This document shows positions 13,506 through 26,752 of a DNA stretch of 64,000 bases, piece by piece. A program made the position numbers and the translations under genes. The stretch lies in the NCBI GenBank assembly GCA_036785375.1, contig JAWMAR010000036.1:4278001-4342000 (forward strand), read 5' to 3'. Each line of letters opens with the position of its first letter. Position 1 is the first letter of the stretch. This DNA is from Leucoraja ocellata. Its lineage: Eukaryota. The notes beneath the pieces were generated by a model. That model worked only from the letters and a program-made list of their open reading frames with translations, did no database searches and was not told the DNA's origin.

Positions 13506-13590
13506 TCTCTCGACCCGAAAGTCACCCATTCCTTCTCTCCAGAGATACTGCCCGTGCCGCTGAGTTACTTCAGCTTTTTGTGTATATCTT
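13506..13590 (+). mobile_element. Penelope-tail-derived short element, truncated
   Basis: tctcgacccgaaagtcacccattccttctctccagagatactgcc...gctgagttacttcagc matches the other copies. Confidence 0.75.
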
Positions 13591-14288
13591 CCAAAATTAT
13601 TTCCCTGATATCAAAGCCTCCTAAGTGCAGTAATTTTGATTTTAAGTTTTTCACCTTTCTGTTCCTTTCTCCCCTCTGTTCAGTGAAATAGTGTTAATTA
13701 CTCCCTAGATCAGGAGTGTTTTGGAAAAAAACAGATGTGCTCTCTTAAAAATGATTTTTACACAATAAGGTTCCTTGCTGTAAGACTGAGAATCTGCAAG
13801 CAGAACGGATGCTCCATTTCTTGCACAGCACAGATGAGATGCCATTTTTAGGATAAGGTAGTAAGCCAAACTGTGTGTCGGTTTGCTTGGGTGAATGTAA
13901 AATATCTGGGACATCAATTTTCTGACTCGCTCAAGTGTTTGTTTATGTGTCATTACCAAGATTGTGTTACTTGTTTGTCACAAACAGGATTCCAATACTG
14001 GCATTGTCATGCATGCAAACTATCTGAAACTATTTTTGTTCTATGTACAACAAATAACATAGTTATGGCTGTTTGTTGGATATCTAACAATGTGAAGATA
14101 AATAGTAATGAAAGATGGTCTCTACAGAAATCTGCGCTCATTTTGTATGCTGATAGTAGAATTTCATTGTCATATTGACACTTTTAAATTGCGTGAATTT
14201 ATATGAACTCTCTGGTCAGAGCTATCCAGCTAGGTAAGGACTGAAGAGAATGGCGGGACATCATGAAGCAGATGGCACCACTCAACCC

Positions 14289-14422
14289 NNNNNNNNNNNN
14301 NNNNNNNNNNNNNNNNNNNNNNNNNNNNNNNNNNNNNNNNNNNNNNNNNNNNNNNNNNNNNNNNNNNNNNNNNNNNNNNNNNNNNNNNNNNNNNNNNNNN
14401 NNNNNNNNNNNNNNNNNNNNNN
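14289..14422. other. Assembly gap
   Basis: Run of N. Confidence 1.
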
Positions 14423-14919
14423 CTAGCAGAGACATTTTGTGCATGATGTAATTGAATTTTACTATAGATTGGTCAAAAAATGTATTGGGGACCTTATAGT
14501 GCGAATTATGAACATTTAAAGTCCAAGTGAAGTGGAATTAGTTTCTATACATGCAATAAACAGTCACAAGGTGGGCTGCACTTGAAAATAAATCTGAACT
14601 TCAGAGACGGTGGGAGTTGAATGCCTGATTACTTGCACCATTTCCTCCAAGTGACTGACCATGACTTGGTTGTAGATTGTCAATTCCCTTCCAGTTATTT
14701 GCCACCTTCTTTTGTTTAGGTGCTAGATGAGTCTCATAGACTGTGTGTACGTGATCTCTTATTGTAGTTTAATAGTTCTGTGTGTATGTATTGGTTTGCA
14801 ATGTCTCTATGTAGTGATGCATATGTTGGCTTGTGAGATTTATTCCAGAAATGCTGACCATGCTGCAAAGTCATTAAACTTTTTGTGGCTTTAGGACCAA
14901 GATATTGGGTCTTTGCTGC

Positions 14920-15138
14920 AGGCATTGATCTTTCTGGTTATTTCACTAAACAAGCTCCGAATTGCATAGACTTGGCGGCATTATTTTTTTGTCTTGGCAC
15001 TATTATTGGTTTTTTAAATATATCTACTGAACTATTTTGTTTTTTGTGTTTTACAGAGTACTATGCTTACATATCTGTGGAGCTGTTGTAAGTAAGAATT
15101 TCATTATTTACGTTTTTTGGATATATGACAATAAATAT
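14920..15138 (+). mobile_element. Decayed Rex1/L2-like 3' tail
   Basis: Ends gtaagaatttcatt...atatgacaataaa, like the other tgacaataaa tails in the window. Confidence 0.45.
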
Positions 15139-15414
15139 CATATATATTTATTGTCTCTCACTCTTGGCTGTTTCCTCCCCCCTTCTCCCCCCCTCCCGCA
15201 GCATATAGAAACCCTTGGATGCCATCTCAGAGGATATCAGGATTAGTGAGAGTGGATGCAATGTCTGCTCCCTATTGTTAATTCGTGATCTCTAAATAGA
15301 GTGGTTGGAATCTCTGAGGACGTCCTTTTCTCAGAGGTGCAGGCATGACCTCGGTTACCTGCTGATTGGTTTCAGCTGTCTTGAAGGACTTCTGAAATAT
15401 TCATAGTTAATATG

Positions 15415-15735
15415 TTTCAGTGGGGAGAACGTCCGTGCAGACGGCTGTGGATGCCAAGTCATTGGATATTTTTTAATGCGGAGGTTGACAAATACCTGAT
15501 TGGTAAGAGTCTCAAGAGTTATGGGGAGAAGGCAGGATAATGGAGTTGAAGGGGAAACTTAGATCAGCCATAAATGAATGGTGGAGCAGACTGAAGAAGG
15601 GTCTCGACCCGAAACATCACCAATTCCTTCCCTCCATAGATGCTGCCTCACCCGCTGAGTTTCTCTAGCATTTTTTGTCCACCGATGGAGTAGACTCGAT
15701 GGGCCAAATGGCCTAACACTGCTCCTATCTTATGA
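15415..15735 (+). mobile_element. CR1 3' end interrupted by a Penelope-tail element (15591-15685)
   Basis: CR1 tail gatcagccat...gaatggtggagcagact / tggagtagactcgatgggccaaatggccta. The insert ctgaagaagggtctcgacccgaaac... is flanked by tggag(c/t)agact repeats at 15582-15592 and 15686-15696. Confidence 0.8.
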
Positions 15736-17139
15736 ACATGAATATTGCACACTATTGGCAGAGAGACAAAGCAGCACAGATTCCCTGCTGAGCATCTTCA
15801 TGGAAGTTTCTGCATGTGAATGAATTTCTAGGCCCAATATTATCTCAGGCACAGCAATGTCTGTACAGACTGAAGGCCAGGACCGAGGCTGAGACCAACA
15901 TTGTTCTGCAACCTGATGACAACCCCTCCTCCCACACGCACACCTCGGCTTGGTCATTTTGCTTCCTTCTCACTCAATCGTAACAGACTGTTGTCATTCA
16001 GGAAGTCAACTACCTTCACATTCATTGAAGTCCGCAATCATTCTTAATAACAACAGAGTGACAATTGGTAGGTGACTTCCACACCTGCATCAAGTGATGG
16101 AGGTGCTACTCACTTCATAAGGGATTAAATTATTTAAAAAGCACTTAATCCTGTGGATGCAGATGGATTGTGTCAGAATCCAGGAACTATTACAATAATT
16201 ATCGCAAACTCATAACCCATGTCTCTATGGCAATGATTTAAAGTAGATCTTCTAGTGAAAACAATGAAGCAAAATAATCAGCTGCAAAAAAAAATCTAAC
16301 TTGTTCACAAATGCTCAGAGGCAAAATATTTGATACATCTATTTGGGACAGATTTGAAGTTGGTAAGATTTCAATCAAAAATTAAACAAACATATGAATG
16401 CCTGTTAATACACCAACCACATCCTTTCACTAATATGTAAATATATATTTTTTTATTTTTGGCCAAGATGAATGAGAAATAGATTTTTTTTCCTCACAAA
16501 TAATTGCTTTTATAGATTTAATGATAGCAATTTATTAATAACATCAAAACTTACTATCACGTGAGCTTTATCATCAATGCATATAATCATCTTTAATCGA
16601 AAATAATCTGCAGGATTAATATTAATACATGAAAGAAATCAACTAGACAACTGTGGGATTCTCAAATTAAATAACATATACGGGAAATTCTTCATGATGG
16701 AAGTTCATTGACCTGAAATGTTAACTGCTTTTCTTTCTGTTCTCTGAACTACTATTTCCAGCATTTTTTTGTTTATATTTTAAGCATTCCAAAGCATGTT
16801 TCTTTCACATTTAACAAGACTTCTCTGACCGACTCCAGACTGGAAGCATTGAAACTTGGAAATAATTAAAGGAACAGACTACTCGTGCAGCGAGTTGTGT
16901 ATTGCATACTCCTACCCATCAAGAGCCTGATAATCTGGAAAGGCATAAAGCCAGATTTTATCAGCAAAGAATATTAGGCAGATTGGAGGGGAAAAAATGT
17001 TTTATCTGACTACTTTTGGTGACTAAAGCAAGTCAGTGATTCCTGCTTTGTTATTGAGTCAATGGACCATTGTGGGTTCCACATTTACTTGATTATTGTT
17101 GCATTCTGCATATCTTCCATCCATTGTCCTAAGCACTGT

Positions 17140-17274
17140 ATATATCTCTTGTTCCCCTTTCTCCTGACCCTCCGTCTGAAGAAGGGTCTCAATCTGAAAC
17201 GTCACCTCTTCCTTTTTTCCCCCAGAGCTGCTGCCTGACTCACTGAGTTACTCCAGTATTTTGTGTCTGTCTTC
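17140..17274 (+). mobile_element. Penelope-tail-derived short element
   Basis: gtctgaagaagggtctcaatctgaaacgtcacc...ctgagttactccagtattttgtgtct. Confidence 0.75.
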
Positions 17275-17763
17275 ATGCATGAAATTGTTGTGTTTATGAC
17301 AAGAAACGGGTTATTCGGAAGTAGTTTTACATTTCAATCATTTACTTTACAATAATTGAATACAAATTTTATTGAGGATGGTCAACATAAAATTGTGATT
17401 GCACATGATGTTACAATTTGCTGCTGAAGATATTCTCTCAGCAAATATTATGAAATATCTTCTGTTTTTAAACTCTAAGGTACCTCCAGCTGATTTTTTT
17501 GCTCTCTGTATTCACAAATAACAGTTGATAATTCAGTTAAAAAAAAATGTTTTTGGATTATTCTTACAATTCTGAAAAATTAGATTTATGAGAAAATGGC
17601 TTTGTACAGTGCAATAGAAACTTAAAAAGGGACCCTGAAATATATTTATTGTGACATGAACAGACTGAAACTTAGTCCATGCAATGGTAATGGCCAAATT
17701 ATTGAATTAATTGATTGGTTTATAATGTCACAGGCTCATTTTAGACATTTGAATTTGGATTGT

Positions 17764-17895
17764 GTAGGAAAGAACTGCAGATGCTGGTTTAAATTGAAGG
17801 TAGACAAAAAATGCTGGAGTAACTCAGCAGGACAGGCAGCATCTCCGGAGAGAAGGAATGGGTGACATTTCGGGTCGAGACCCTTCTTCAGACTG
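17764..17895 (-). mobile_element. Penelope-tail-derived short element with 11-bp TSD
   Basis: atttggattgt at 17753-17763 and 17896-17906; body gaactgcagatgctgg...tttcgggtcgagacccttcttcagactg. Confidence 0.85.
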
Positions 17896-19059
17896 ATTTG
17901 GATTGTTTGAATCAATTGCATTTGATTTAGTGGGATTTATTTTTCTTCCTCAGTCGGGCACATATAGGCAGAAAAGTTAAAGATCAAATATACTCTACTG
18001 TTTATGTGTGTCCATTGGGATATTTGAAATGGGAATATATGGAGTGGTCTGTGGTGCCTTAAATGTTACCCACCAATGTGGCTGTAGTTGTTTCAATAGT
18101 TTCCCTTGATTACATGTGGGAATATTGTTTTGAAAAAAAATGTTTCAGAGGATTGAATTTCTGAATGGTTTTCTATATAGGATATTTGAATGAAGTATTT
18201 GCTGATTGATTAACATTTCTATGTGGTTTTTCTAGTTTGTTATGTATAAATCTGACTCAATCGAGTAAGTAATAGATTAAACATTCATTAGCATTTTGTT
18301 TTTAAAATGCTGTTAATTTGAAGCAGCTCATGCATGTAAAATGTTTAGTGTTATTATATGTGGCAAGAATTGTCGTCCTCTTAATTAGTATCACATTTCA
18401 ATCCCGTGTTTTATTTGAGAACAATTTAATACAATTATTTTTTTTAAGAATCTGTCATTTACAACATATGATTATGAATATCCTATCATTGAGTAAAGCC
18501 TGCAACTGTAGGTAGAGTAAATGCTCATACCTTGGAATCCCCAGCTAAATATAAAACCAAAATTCCAATTCAATTGTAAGCCAAGCAAAGGTTTCCAAGT
18601 AATTTGTCATCATTACTTAAACAGCTCATTATTTATTGCATTCTCTTGGCCCAAAAGAGTTTTAATGGTAAATAATCTCTGAAAGTTTGGTAATGAATTT
18701 AGGATTCTTTCTCAGTGAGTTTTTGGACAAAGGAAGCCCTTGCATACATGAGTTATGGAAGACCTGATTTATTGAAATTCAACTTCAGGAATTTCTCCCA
18801 TAAATCTTTGAAAACATTTTCAAGGTGGGAAAGTTATGGAATAGGGTCGGCAGCTACTTGCTTCAAAAACAATTGTTCTTCAAAAATAACTGTTTGCAGG
18901 GGGAAATCATTAAAAGATTTACTTTAGAAACTGACATGGCAACCCCTTCTATTGACAATTGTAAAATACTTTATCAAACAATGTAACATCCATTAATACT
19001 TTAAGGTTATTGAAACTGGCCATTGGATGTGGGACATTCTAATTCAGAAATGGAACTCC

Positions 19060-20660
19060 CAATCAGTTTCCCTCTACTAACACTCTCCCTCTGCCTGACG
19101 GAACTTGTCCTCACCCTCAACAACTTCTCTTTTGACTCCGCTCACTTACTTCAAGTTAAATGTTTCGTCACGGTCATACTCGAGCTCGTATCATATGCCT
19201 GCCTTTTTGTTAGTTACGTTGAACAGTCTTTGTTCCAAATGTACATTGGTACCATCCCCCAACTCTTTCTCCACTACATTGATGACTGCATTGGGGCTGC
19301 CGCCTGCACCCGTGCTGAACTTGTTGATTTCATTAACTTTACCACTAATTTCCACTCTGCCCACAAATTCACGGACCAACTCTGGCATCTCTCTCCTCTT
19401 TCTTGATTTCTCTGTCTCCATCACAACTGTCATTGACTACAAATCCACCTACTCCCACAGTTATTGGACACACGTCCTCCCACCCTGCCTCTTGCATAGA
19501 TACCATCCCCTATTCTCAATCTCTCTGTCCCCAACTACATCTGCTTCCAAGATGAGCCTTTTCTTTCTCGGACATCTGAGATGTCTTCTTTCTATAGTAA
19601 ACGCGGTTTCCCTCCTGCTGTCGTAGTTGGATCACCTTAGCCGCATGTTATCTATATCCCTCCTCCGCCACCCAGACTGAACAAGGATAGAGTTTCCCTG
19701 GACCTGATCTTTTACCCCATCATTCTCAGCCATTTCCGGCACCTTCAACCTGATCCCCCCACCAGTCACGCCTTGCCATCCCCATCCCTTTCCACCTTCT
19801 GCATAGTATACTCCCTCCTCAACTCCTTGGTCCACTCATCCATTCCCTCCCAAGCCATCCCCTCTCCAGGTACTTTCCCCAGCAACCGGAGGAGATGGAA
19901 TGCCTATACCCTCTACCCCCTCCCATGTATCCATCCAGTGACATCGGCCGTCCTTCCAGGTGAGACAGAGGTAAATGTGCACATCCTTAGACCTCATCTA
20001 CTGCATTCAGTGTTCCCAATGTGGCCTCCTTTACATCAGCGAGACCCAGCGTAGACTATGTGACCCTTTTGCCGAACATTTGGGTCTGCAGAATTTCCCG
20101 GTTGCAAGCCATTTTCACTCCCCTTTCCATTCTCATAATGCCCTTGCTGTCCTCGGCCTCTTCTGTTGACAGAGTAAGGCCACATACAAACTAGAGAATA
20201 GCACCTCATATTCCGCTTTGATAGCTTACAACCTAATGGCATGGACATTGAAGTCTCCAATTTTTACAACCACCTCCCCCCCCCCCCCCCCCCCACTTTT
20301 GCCTCTTTTTCCTGTGCCCCCACCTGAATCCCTTCCCCCGCCCCCGACACCTCCCCCAGTCCAGTTCCATCTATGTTCCTTTCTCTGCCTTCACAATTCG
20401 TGTCTCTTCTATCTTTATCTCACACCTTTTGTCTTTTAATATCTGGCCTTTGTCCAATCCTCTACCAATCAAAAAAAACCCCATCACCTATTACTTGTTT
20501 GACTTTATCTCTCCCCAAACGTTTCCAGCTTTCCCCCCCCCCCCCCCCCCCCCCCCACCACCACCACAATTTGCATGAAGAATGGTCCCAACCTGAAATG
20601 TCGCCTTTCAATGGTCTCCATGGATACTGCCTGGCCCGCTGAGTTACTCCAGCACTTTTT
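19060..20660 (+). mobile_element. Penelope-like retroelement remnant (RT, GIY-YIG, hammerhead-like tail), frameshifted
   Basis: RT motifs LVLTLNNFSFD, SYACLFV and FLHYIDDCIG (ORF 19023-19406). GIY-YIG motif CTSLDLIYCIQCSQCGLLYISETQRRLCDPFAEHL (ORF 19975-20169). Tail atgaagaatggtcccaacctgaaatgtc...gctgagttactccagcac. Confidence 0.9.
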
Positions 20661-20739
20661 TAAAATCAGAAATCTTACATATCTGGGGACTGTTGATACC
20701 TTCTGTTACTCATAGTCTATTGAACAAAGTATATTGAGA

Positions 20740-20963
20740 GTTTAAGAGGGAACTGCAGATGCTGGAGAATCGAAGGTTACACAGAAAAGCTGGAGAAACT
20801 CAGCGGGTGCAGCAGCATCTATGGAGCGAAGGAAATAGGCAACGTTTCAGGCCGAAACCCTTCTTCAGACTGAAGAAGGGTTTCGGCCTGAAACGTTGCC
20901 TATTTCCTTCGCTCCATAGATGCTGCTGCACCCGCTGAGTTTCTCCAGCTTTTCTGTGTAACC
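20740..20963. mobile_element. Palindromic Penelope-tail element with 94-bp perfect arms and 15-bp TSD
   Basis: 20775-20868 is the exact reverse complement of 20870-20963; caaagtatattgaga at 20725-20739 and 20963-20977. Confidence 0.92.
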
Positions 20964-23900
20964 AAAGTATATTGAGATATTTCCTCTAATAAAACTAATC
21001 TCTGCTCATGTTTTATGGAATAATGTAACTTAAAGTGTCCACCTTGTTGACATCTCTAATCCAGGAGTACAATTTGTTTGAAAAGTGTTGCTCTGCTGGT
21101 GGCAAGTAGCAAGGTGTTAAGAATACAGAAGGTGGTGTTAATGTGAAACGTACTTAAGTATTGCATCTGTGAAATAGTGGGTGATGTATTTTTGTTCTCG
21201 TATCACATTTGTAGCCTGCTGTTTACAAAATAAAATTAAAATGTGACTCCCATTTGCAAGCTAGTTTAATAGCAAGCAATACTGGAGTTTGATTTTGAAT
21301 ACTAGTTTCCAAAGCTTAAATTGTGCAGGCAGTTTTGGTGAAAATAACAAAGCAAAAGTCTGGCCTTTGTTAAAATTAAGCTGAGCATCACCATAGGTTC
21401 ACACTTGACTAATACAATGTATGTAAAGGTGGCTAACTATATGTGCACACCTTTTAAAAGCTTTGCAAAACTATTTGGCTACGCCTGCAATCAAACGTTG
21501 TCAGTATATCCTTTCTGGCTTGACACCTACATACCTGTGTTTTTATGTAAAGCAAAAAGAGAGGACGTGTAGAAGAGATGTTGCCTTGTACAACACAGCC
21601 TATGATTGTGCATGATTTGCATTAGAAACCACCATTTTTGCAGCAATATTAGAGGTTTCACAGAATTCATCCTAGAGTACAAGATGGAGACTATATTTTC
21701 AATTAAATTTGACATATAAATCAGAGAAAATTGCAAAACTGAAAGCTTAATGGGGATGGTTATTAATCGTAGTCCTTGTTGTTAAACGTAGTCATCACTG
21801 ATAAGTCCCTTTCTGACTTAAGCCCTATCAATATAATGCAGAACCAGGCAGGGGTGGCTAGCGGGGTAACCAAAATCTGGGTCAAATAAGTGGGTTTGGA
21901 GAAAATTTTTAAAGGGATCATGTTTGTGCATTTAACAGTAAGTGAGCCTTCATTGAATACTATATCTTACTTAACCATTTGTACTCACCTCAAGTTGTAT
22001 TGCAATTAATTCCATCATTTTTGCAGAATGTCACGTTACTTGTCATTACATATGTGAGATAATTTTTATGCTCCGTGGGGGGATTTGTCAGTGACACAGT
22101 TGAAGGCAACTGGCTGACACCAAACAAAACTAAAATTAAACTTCATATATCTGTTTTTTTGCTTGTTGTATAAGTTTTACGGCTTCATGATTTTTTTCTA
22201 AGCTCCATTAAAGATTCTGTCACTCTGTTCCATATAACATTCTCATTCTGCAATCTGTCATATCGAGGTGTATAAATTTCATACTGTTGGAGCATGTAGC
22301 ATGTGTTATGACAGCAATTCCATTCTGTCAAGCTTTAAAACAATAATAAATTCATATTGTTGTGTGAATATGGGTACAAAGAAGAAAATGCTATTTTTTC
22401 CCCAAAGCTAACGTATATGTTTTATTATAGAATTGTGATGGCACAACATGATTAATAACTCCTGTATTTAGTATTCCATAAAACTTCCCTTTGTTTGGAT
22501 TCTATAGTCACCATCTAAAATTAACCTAATAAATACAACACCAAAGGTATAAAGAATGAACATTGAATCTCCTCTGCTGCTGATATCACATTTTCTACCT
22601 TGGGTGCAGCATGTAGACGGCATCATTCCTATTTACTGTGGTTTACCTTGTTTTAGATTGCATAATTTTCATATGTCAGATATTTAGCACCAAACTAATT
22701 CAAATGAAAATGACTCAAAATGCACAGGGAAATATTTTCTAAAGTAGTGTTAATTCTCCACTGACTCCTAGTTCAACCAACTAGGTCAGGGTGGAGGTGA
22801 GTTATATTACCTCGTCGGCCTGACCCTCTCATTCCTCCCACTTACACACAGACTAATATAACTACACGTCATGCCTTTGGGAGGCAAAACATTGATTCTG
22901 ATACAAAAAATACCAAATGGTATTGCTTCTATTTGCCTCTTGATACTCTGTACACAATTTTAAAAGCATTTGGTGCAGTAGAAAGTTATTTTGCACATAA
23001 AAATAAATTTATCTCTGTAAGTTAGCGACAAGTCCCTTGAAGTTGATCCGTGGAGAATCATTACTTCCTGCTGCGGCTCGCCTTCAGCACCAAGACTGCT
23101 TCACGTCCTAGTAGATTCCCATACTTCTTTTCTCGTTGCGCTCACATCTCAGACGGACCTGCCATCCAGTTGTGTCCCAATCAAAATGAATTCCATTACA
23201 AAGGGAACTATTCAAAGAGCCTCACCTGCCAATCATAAACCTCCCAGATTGTACTGAAGTTCTGTTGGGATAAAAAGCTAACCATGTAATTCAGATAATG
23301 AGCGAGCTGCCATTTCCCAGAGGCCATAACTTGTTTATTGCATCTGGCAGCAAATTAAGTATAGTAAAAGAAATTAAACCCCAGGCAGCACACAACATTG
23401 TGCTTCTGCTTGACTAGGCTCTGGATATGTGAGCTGTATCTTAGATTTTAACTGATGCTTATCAGAGATGGGGACCATAAGAAAAACTATGGCCCAATTA
23501 AAACATCCACCTTCTAAAAGCCCCTTGGGTCATGCAAGTTACTGTACTCTTCGTTGGTTTGTTCCTCATTGATGTGATTATATTTGATTATATTTGTACA
23601 TTAATCCAACAATATGATTTAAATTGAATGACAGTATTTTCATTTTTAAATAATTTGCAAGTTCTAGTTCGGTAGGTACTTACTATTTTATTACAGGTGA
23701 GGCTCTTTGATTTTTATTACTGTGAATGGAAGTTATAGTATGATTGGTTTTGTTAAATGAAAATCTAATACATTAAAGACCATCTTGGAAATAGATTAGA
23801 TGGAAAAATCAACATTGTTCTTTTCATGTACTTGTTGACCATTTCCATTTACTTTCATAATTAGTAAACTAAGAAAGCAACTTAATGTTGCATAAATAAT

Positions 23901-25137
23901 CTTGGTTTATCATCCTATTACCACTTGATTAAATCAAGGGGGTAATCACCAAATTTTGTTCTAATTGTTCATGTAAAAACTATATACCCTTTTTAAAACT
24001 AACTTTTTTAATCAAAAATAATTCAAAAATCTTGTGATCAATTCATCATGATTGTAATTAGTAAAAGCAGTCCATCATGTAGGGTTTCTGCATTTTCTTC
24101 AAAGCCAAATAGTTCCACAATATTGATGTATTGAATAATATTTCCTATAACCAATTAAAAGTGGTGTTTCCGTTTTTGTGATCAACCTTGCGTGCTTGCA
24201 CGGTTTATGTTTACTTTAAAAAAAAAGTTTCAACATGAACAACATGTGCTAATTTAGCTCAAATGGGAATTTTCCACAATTGTGTTAATGGTTGCTCTAA
24301 AATTAGCCCTGCATGCATTTAAACCCCGTTGAACATGAAGAAAGGAAGTCCATTAAATATCTACTCCTGATGTATTTCCTTTTTTTGATTTTTTTTTTTT
24401 TTTTTTTAATATTTACTTGTAATTTAATCATTACAGCTTTACTGCTATTTCGCGGGTAATTTTATCTGAAAATGTCAGTGCTTTTTTTGCTTTCCTTTCT
24501 CATTTGAGTTGACCTACCGTGCTTACTGGAGTGTAATAGTGACGCACTGTGTTGTGTGCTGCGTGAAACATAGACTGTAGCTTTTCTGTGAAGCTTGTGA
24601 AGGAATGCTGTAACATAAACAAAGAATGACACTGAATTGTATTTCTTCAATTGTTGCACCACGTTTTCAAGATCGCCGAGCAGTGAGATATCCTAATATG
24701 GAAGCATCGTGCAGTTCTTGGCGAGAAGCTTCACAGTTGTCCTAATTTGTCCTTGCAGAACTGCTGCTTGGGGAAACACAATGCCAATAGGAGCATCTGA
24801 GAGCAGTGAGAAGTAAATTGTGATCACCGTCTTGGGATTAATAGAGAAACCGGTGTAAGATTGAGGAAGTTTTAAATTATTTATTTCACTGTTATATTGC
24901 TGGCTACAGTCTCATTTGCAAATTTAAAGTGATGTCAGGATTCTGGGAATGGAGTCCTCTTCCCGGATATAGAAAACTGTATCAATGACTTAGTGAATGC
25001 GAGGTTGAAGGTCAATGCCAATAACACGTGAAGTAATAAAGTTTGCACAAGACTGGAGAAAACACAGGGTAAGTGAGGAAAGGCCCCAGTTTCATAAAAA
25101 TAAGCGGAACAGATCAGTAAATAATAACGTAATAACA

Positions 25138-25227
25138 ATGAGCTGCAGATGCTGGTTTACCAAAGAAAGACACAAAATGCTGGAATAACTCAGCGGGTTA
25201 GGCAGCATCTCTGGAAAACATGGATGT
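25138..25227 (-). mobile_element. Penelope-tail-derived short element (partial)
   Basis: gagctgcagatgctggttta...gacacaaaatgctggaataactcagcgggttaggcagcatctctgg. Confidence 0.7.
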
Positions 25228-25354
25228 TGTAAGATTTTAAACCATAAGTAGATGGATGGGGAGTCAATTTCAACCCCACTTTCCAGTGGGCAGCTGAAAT
25301 GACCTGTATGAATATCTACTGATTTCCTGCTTGCTTTTCTCCAATCAGGAATCG

Positions 25355-26045
25355 GTCAAGTCAAGTCAAGTCAAGTTTATTTGTCACATACACATACGAG
25401 ATGTGCAGTGAAATGAAAGTGGCAATGCTCGCGGAACAACAAAACAACCAAACAAATTATAAACACAATCATAACACACATATTATTTTACATAATAAAT
25501 GATAGAAGGAAAAACGTTCTGTACAGTTAGTCCCTGGTGAGAAAGGCGTTTACAGTCCGAATTGCCTCTGGGAAGAAACTCCTTCTCAACCTCTCCGTTC
25601 TCACTGCATGGCAACGGAGCCGTTTGCCTGACCGTAGTGGCTGGAACAGTCCGTTGCAGGGGTGGAAGAGGTCTCTCATGATTTTGTTTGCTCTGGAGTT
25701 GCACCTCCTGTTGTATAGCTCCTGCAGGGGGGTGAGTGAAGTTCCCATAGTGCGTTCGGCCGAACGCACTACTCTCTGCAGAGCCTTCTTGTCCTTGGCA
25801 GAGCAATTCCCGAACCAGATGGTAATGTTCCCGGACAAGATGCTTTCCACCGCCGCTGCGTAGAAGCACTGGAGGATCCTCGGAGACACTCTGAATTTCC
25901 TCAATTGCCTGAGGTGGTAAAGGCGCTGCCTTGCCTTACTAACCAGTGCTGAGGCGTGTGATGACCATGTCATATCCTCAGAGATGTGGACTCCCAGATA
26001 TTTAAAACAGTTCACCCTATCCACAGGATCCCCATTTATACTCAA
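25355..26045 (-). mobile_element. Rex1/Babar-like LINE, 5'-truncated; open ORF2 C-terminus (DUF1891-like)
   Basis: ORF 25527-26045 reads FKYLGVHISEDMTWSSH...KARQRLYHLRQLRKF...FYAAAVESILS...RTERLRRSFFPEAIR. The 3' UTR ends gtgacaaataaa(cttga)n. Confidence 0.88.
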
Positions 26046-26483
26046 TTGAGGACAACTGTGCTTTTAGCTCAGGTGTGAGTGGCTTTTGTGGCAACCTGAA
26101 ACAAGTCAGAGGATGAAGAATCTCTGAAGGATGCATTGTTCTCTTATAAGGCAAGGAGGAGCAGCATGCTTTTCTGGGCTGCGCACGTAAACTTTAAGCC
26201 CCTTCTATCATTTGCTCATTTTACTCCCTGCTGGCTGGGGAAGGATCCAATGATGGTCAATTTCACCAGCAACAGTTTCCTGGCTGTCGCAGCGACATGG
26301 CAATGCCTTACAGTTAAGGTTACCGGGGGCTCATACTACTGACACATGGCCAAACAATTAATTCCCCAGCCTGGCTTTCCATAGGAAATGTGCTAAGGTA
26401 TAGAAATTATTCCAATGTATGAAATAGAATGAAGAGTCTGGATCATACGATGCTGATAAAATATATTTTATATTGAGACAAAA

Positions 26484-26752
26484 ATCCCTCATCCCTATTC
26501 TCGCCATAACCTGTGATGCCCTTAAAAATGCCCTTACAAGAACCTATCTATCTCTGATTTAAAAATACCCAAAGACTTGGCCACCACATCTGCCTCTGAC
26601 AATGAATTCTCCACATTCACCACACTGGCTAAATAAATTCCGCCTCATCTCCATTGTAGAGGTATATCCATTTATTCAGAGGCTGTGCCCTCTGGTCCCG
26701 GACTCTACCACTTCTAGTAACATCCTCTCCACATCCGCTCTATCTAGGCCTT
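26484..26752 (-). mobile_element. CR1 3' fragment
   Basis: aatgaattctccacattcaccac and aggctgtgccctctggtc, the reverse complement of the CR1 motifs VVNxWNS and TRGHSL. Confidence 0.7.

Noticed and set aside
24759-24812. Possible exon (ttgtccttgcag|aactgc...gagaa|gtaaat)
   Set aside because: Plausible acceptor but weak donor and no recognisable product; cannot be supported without transcripts.
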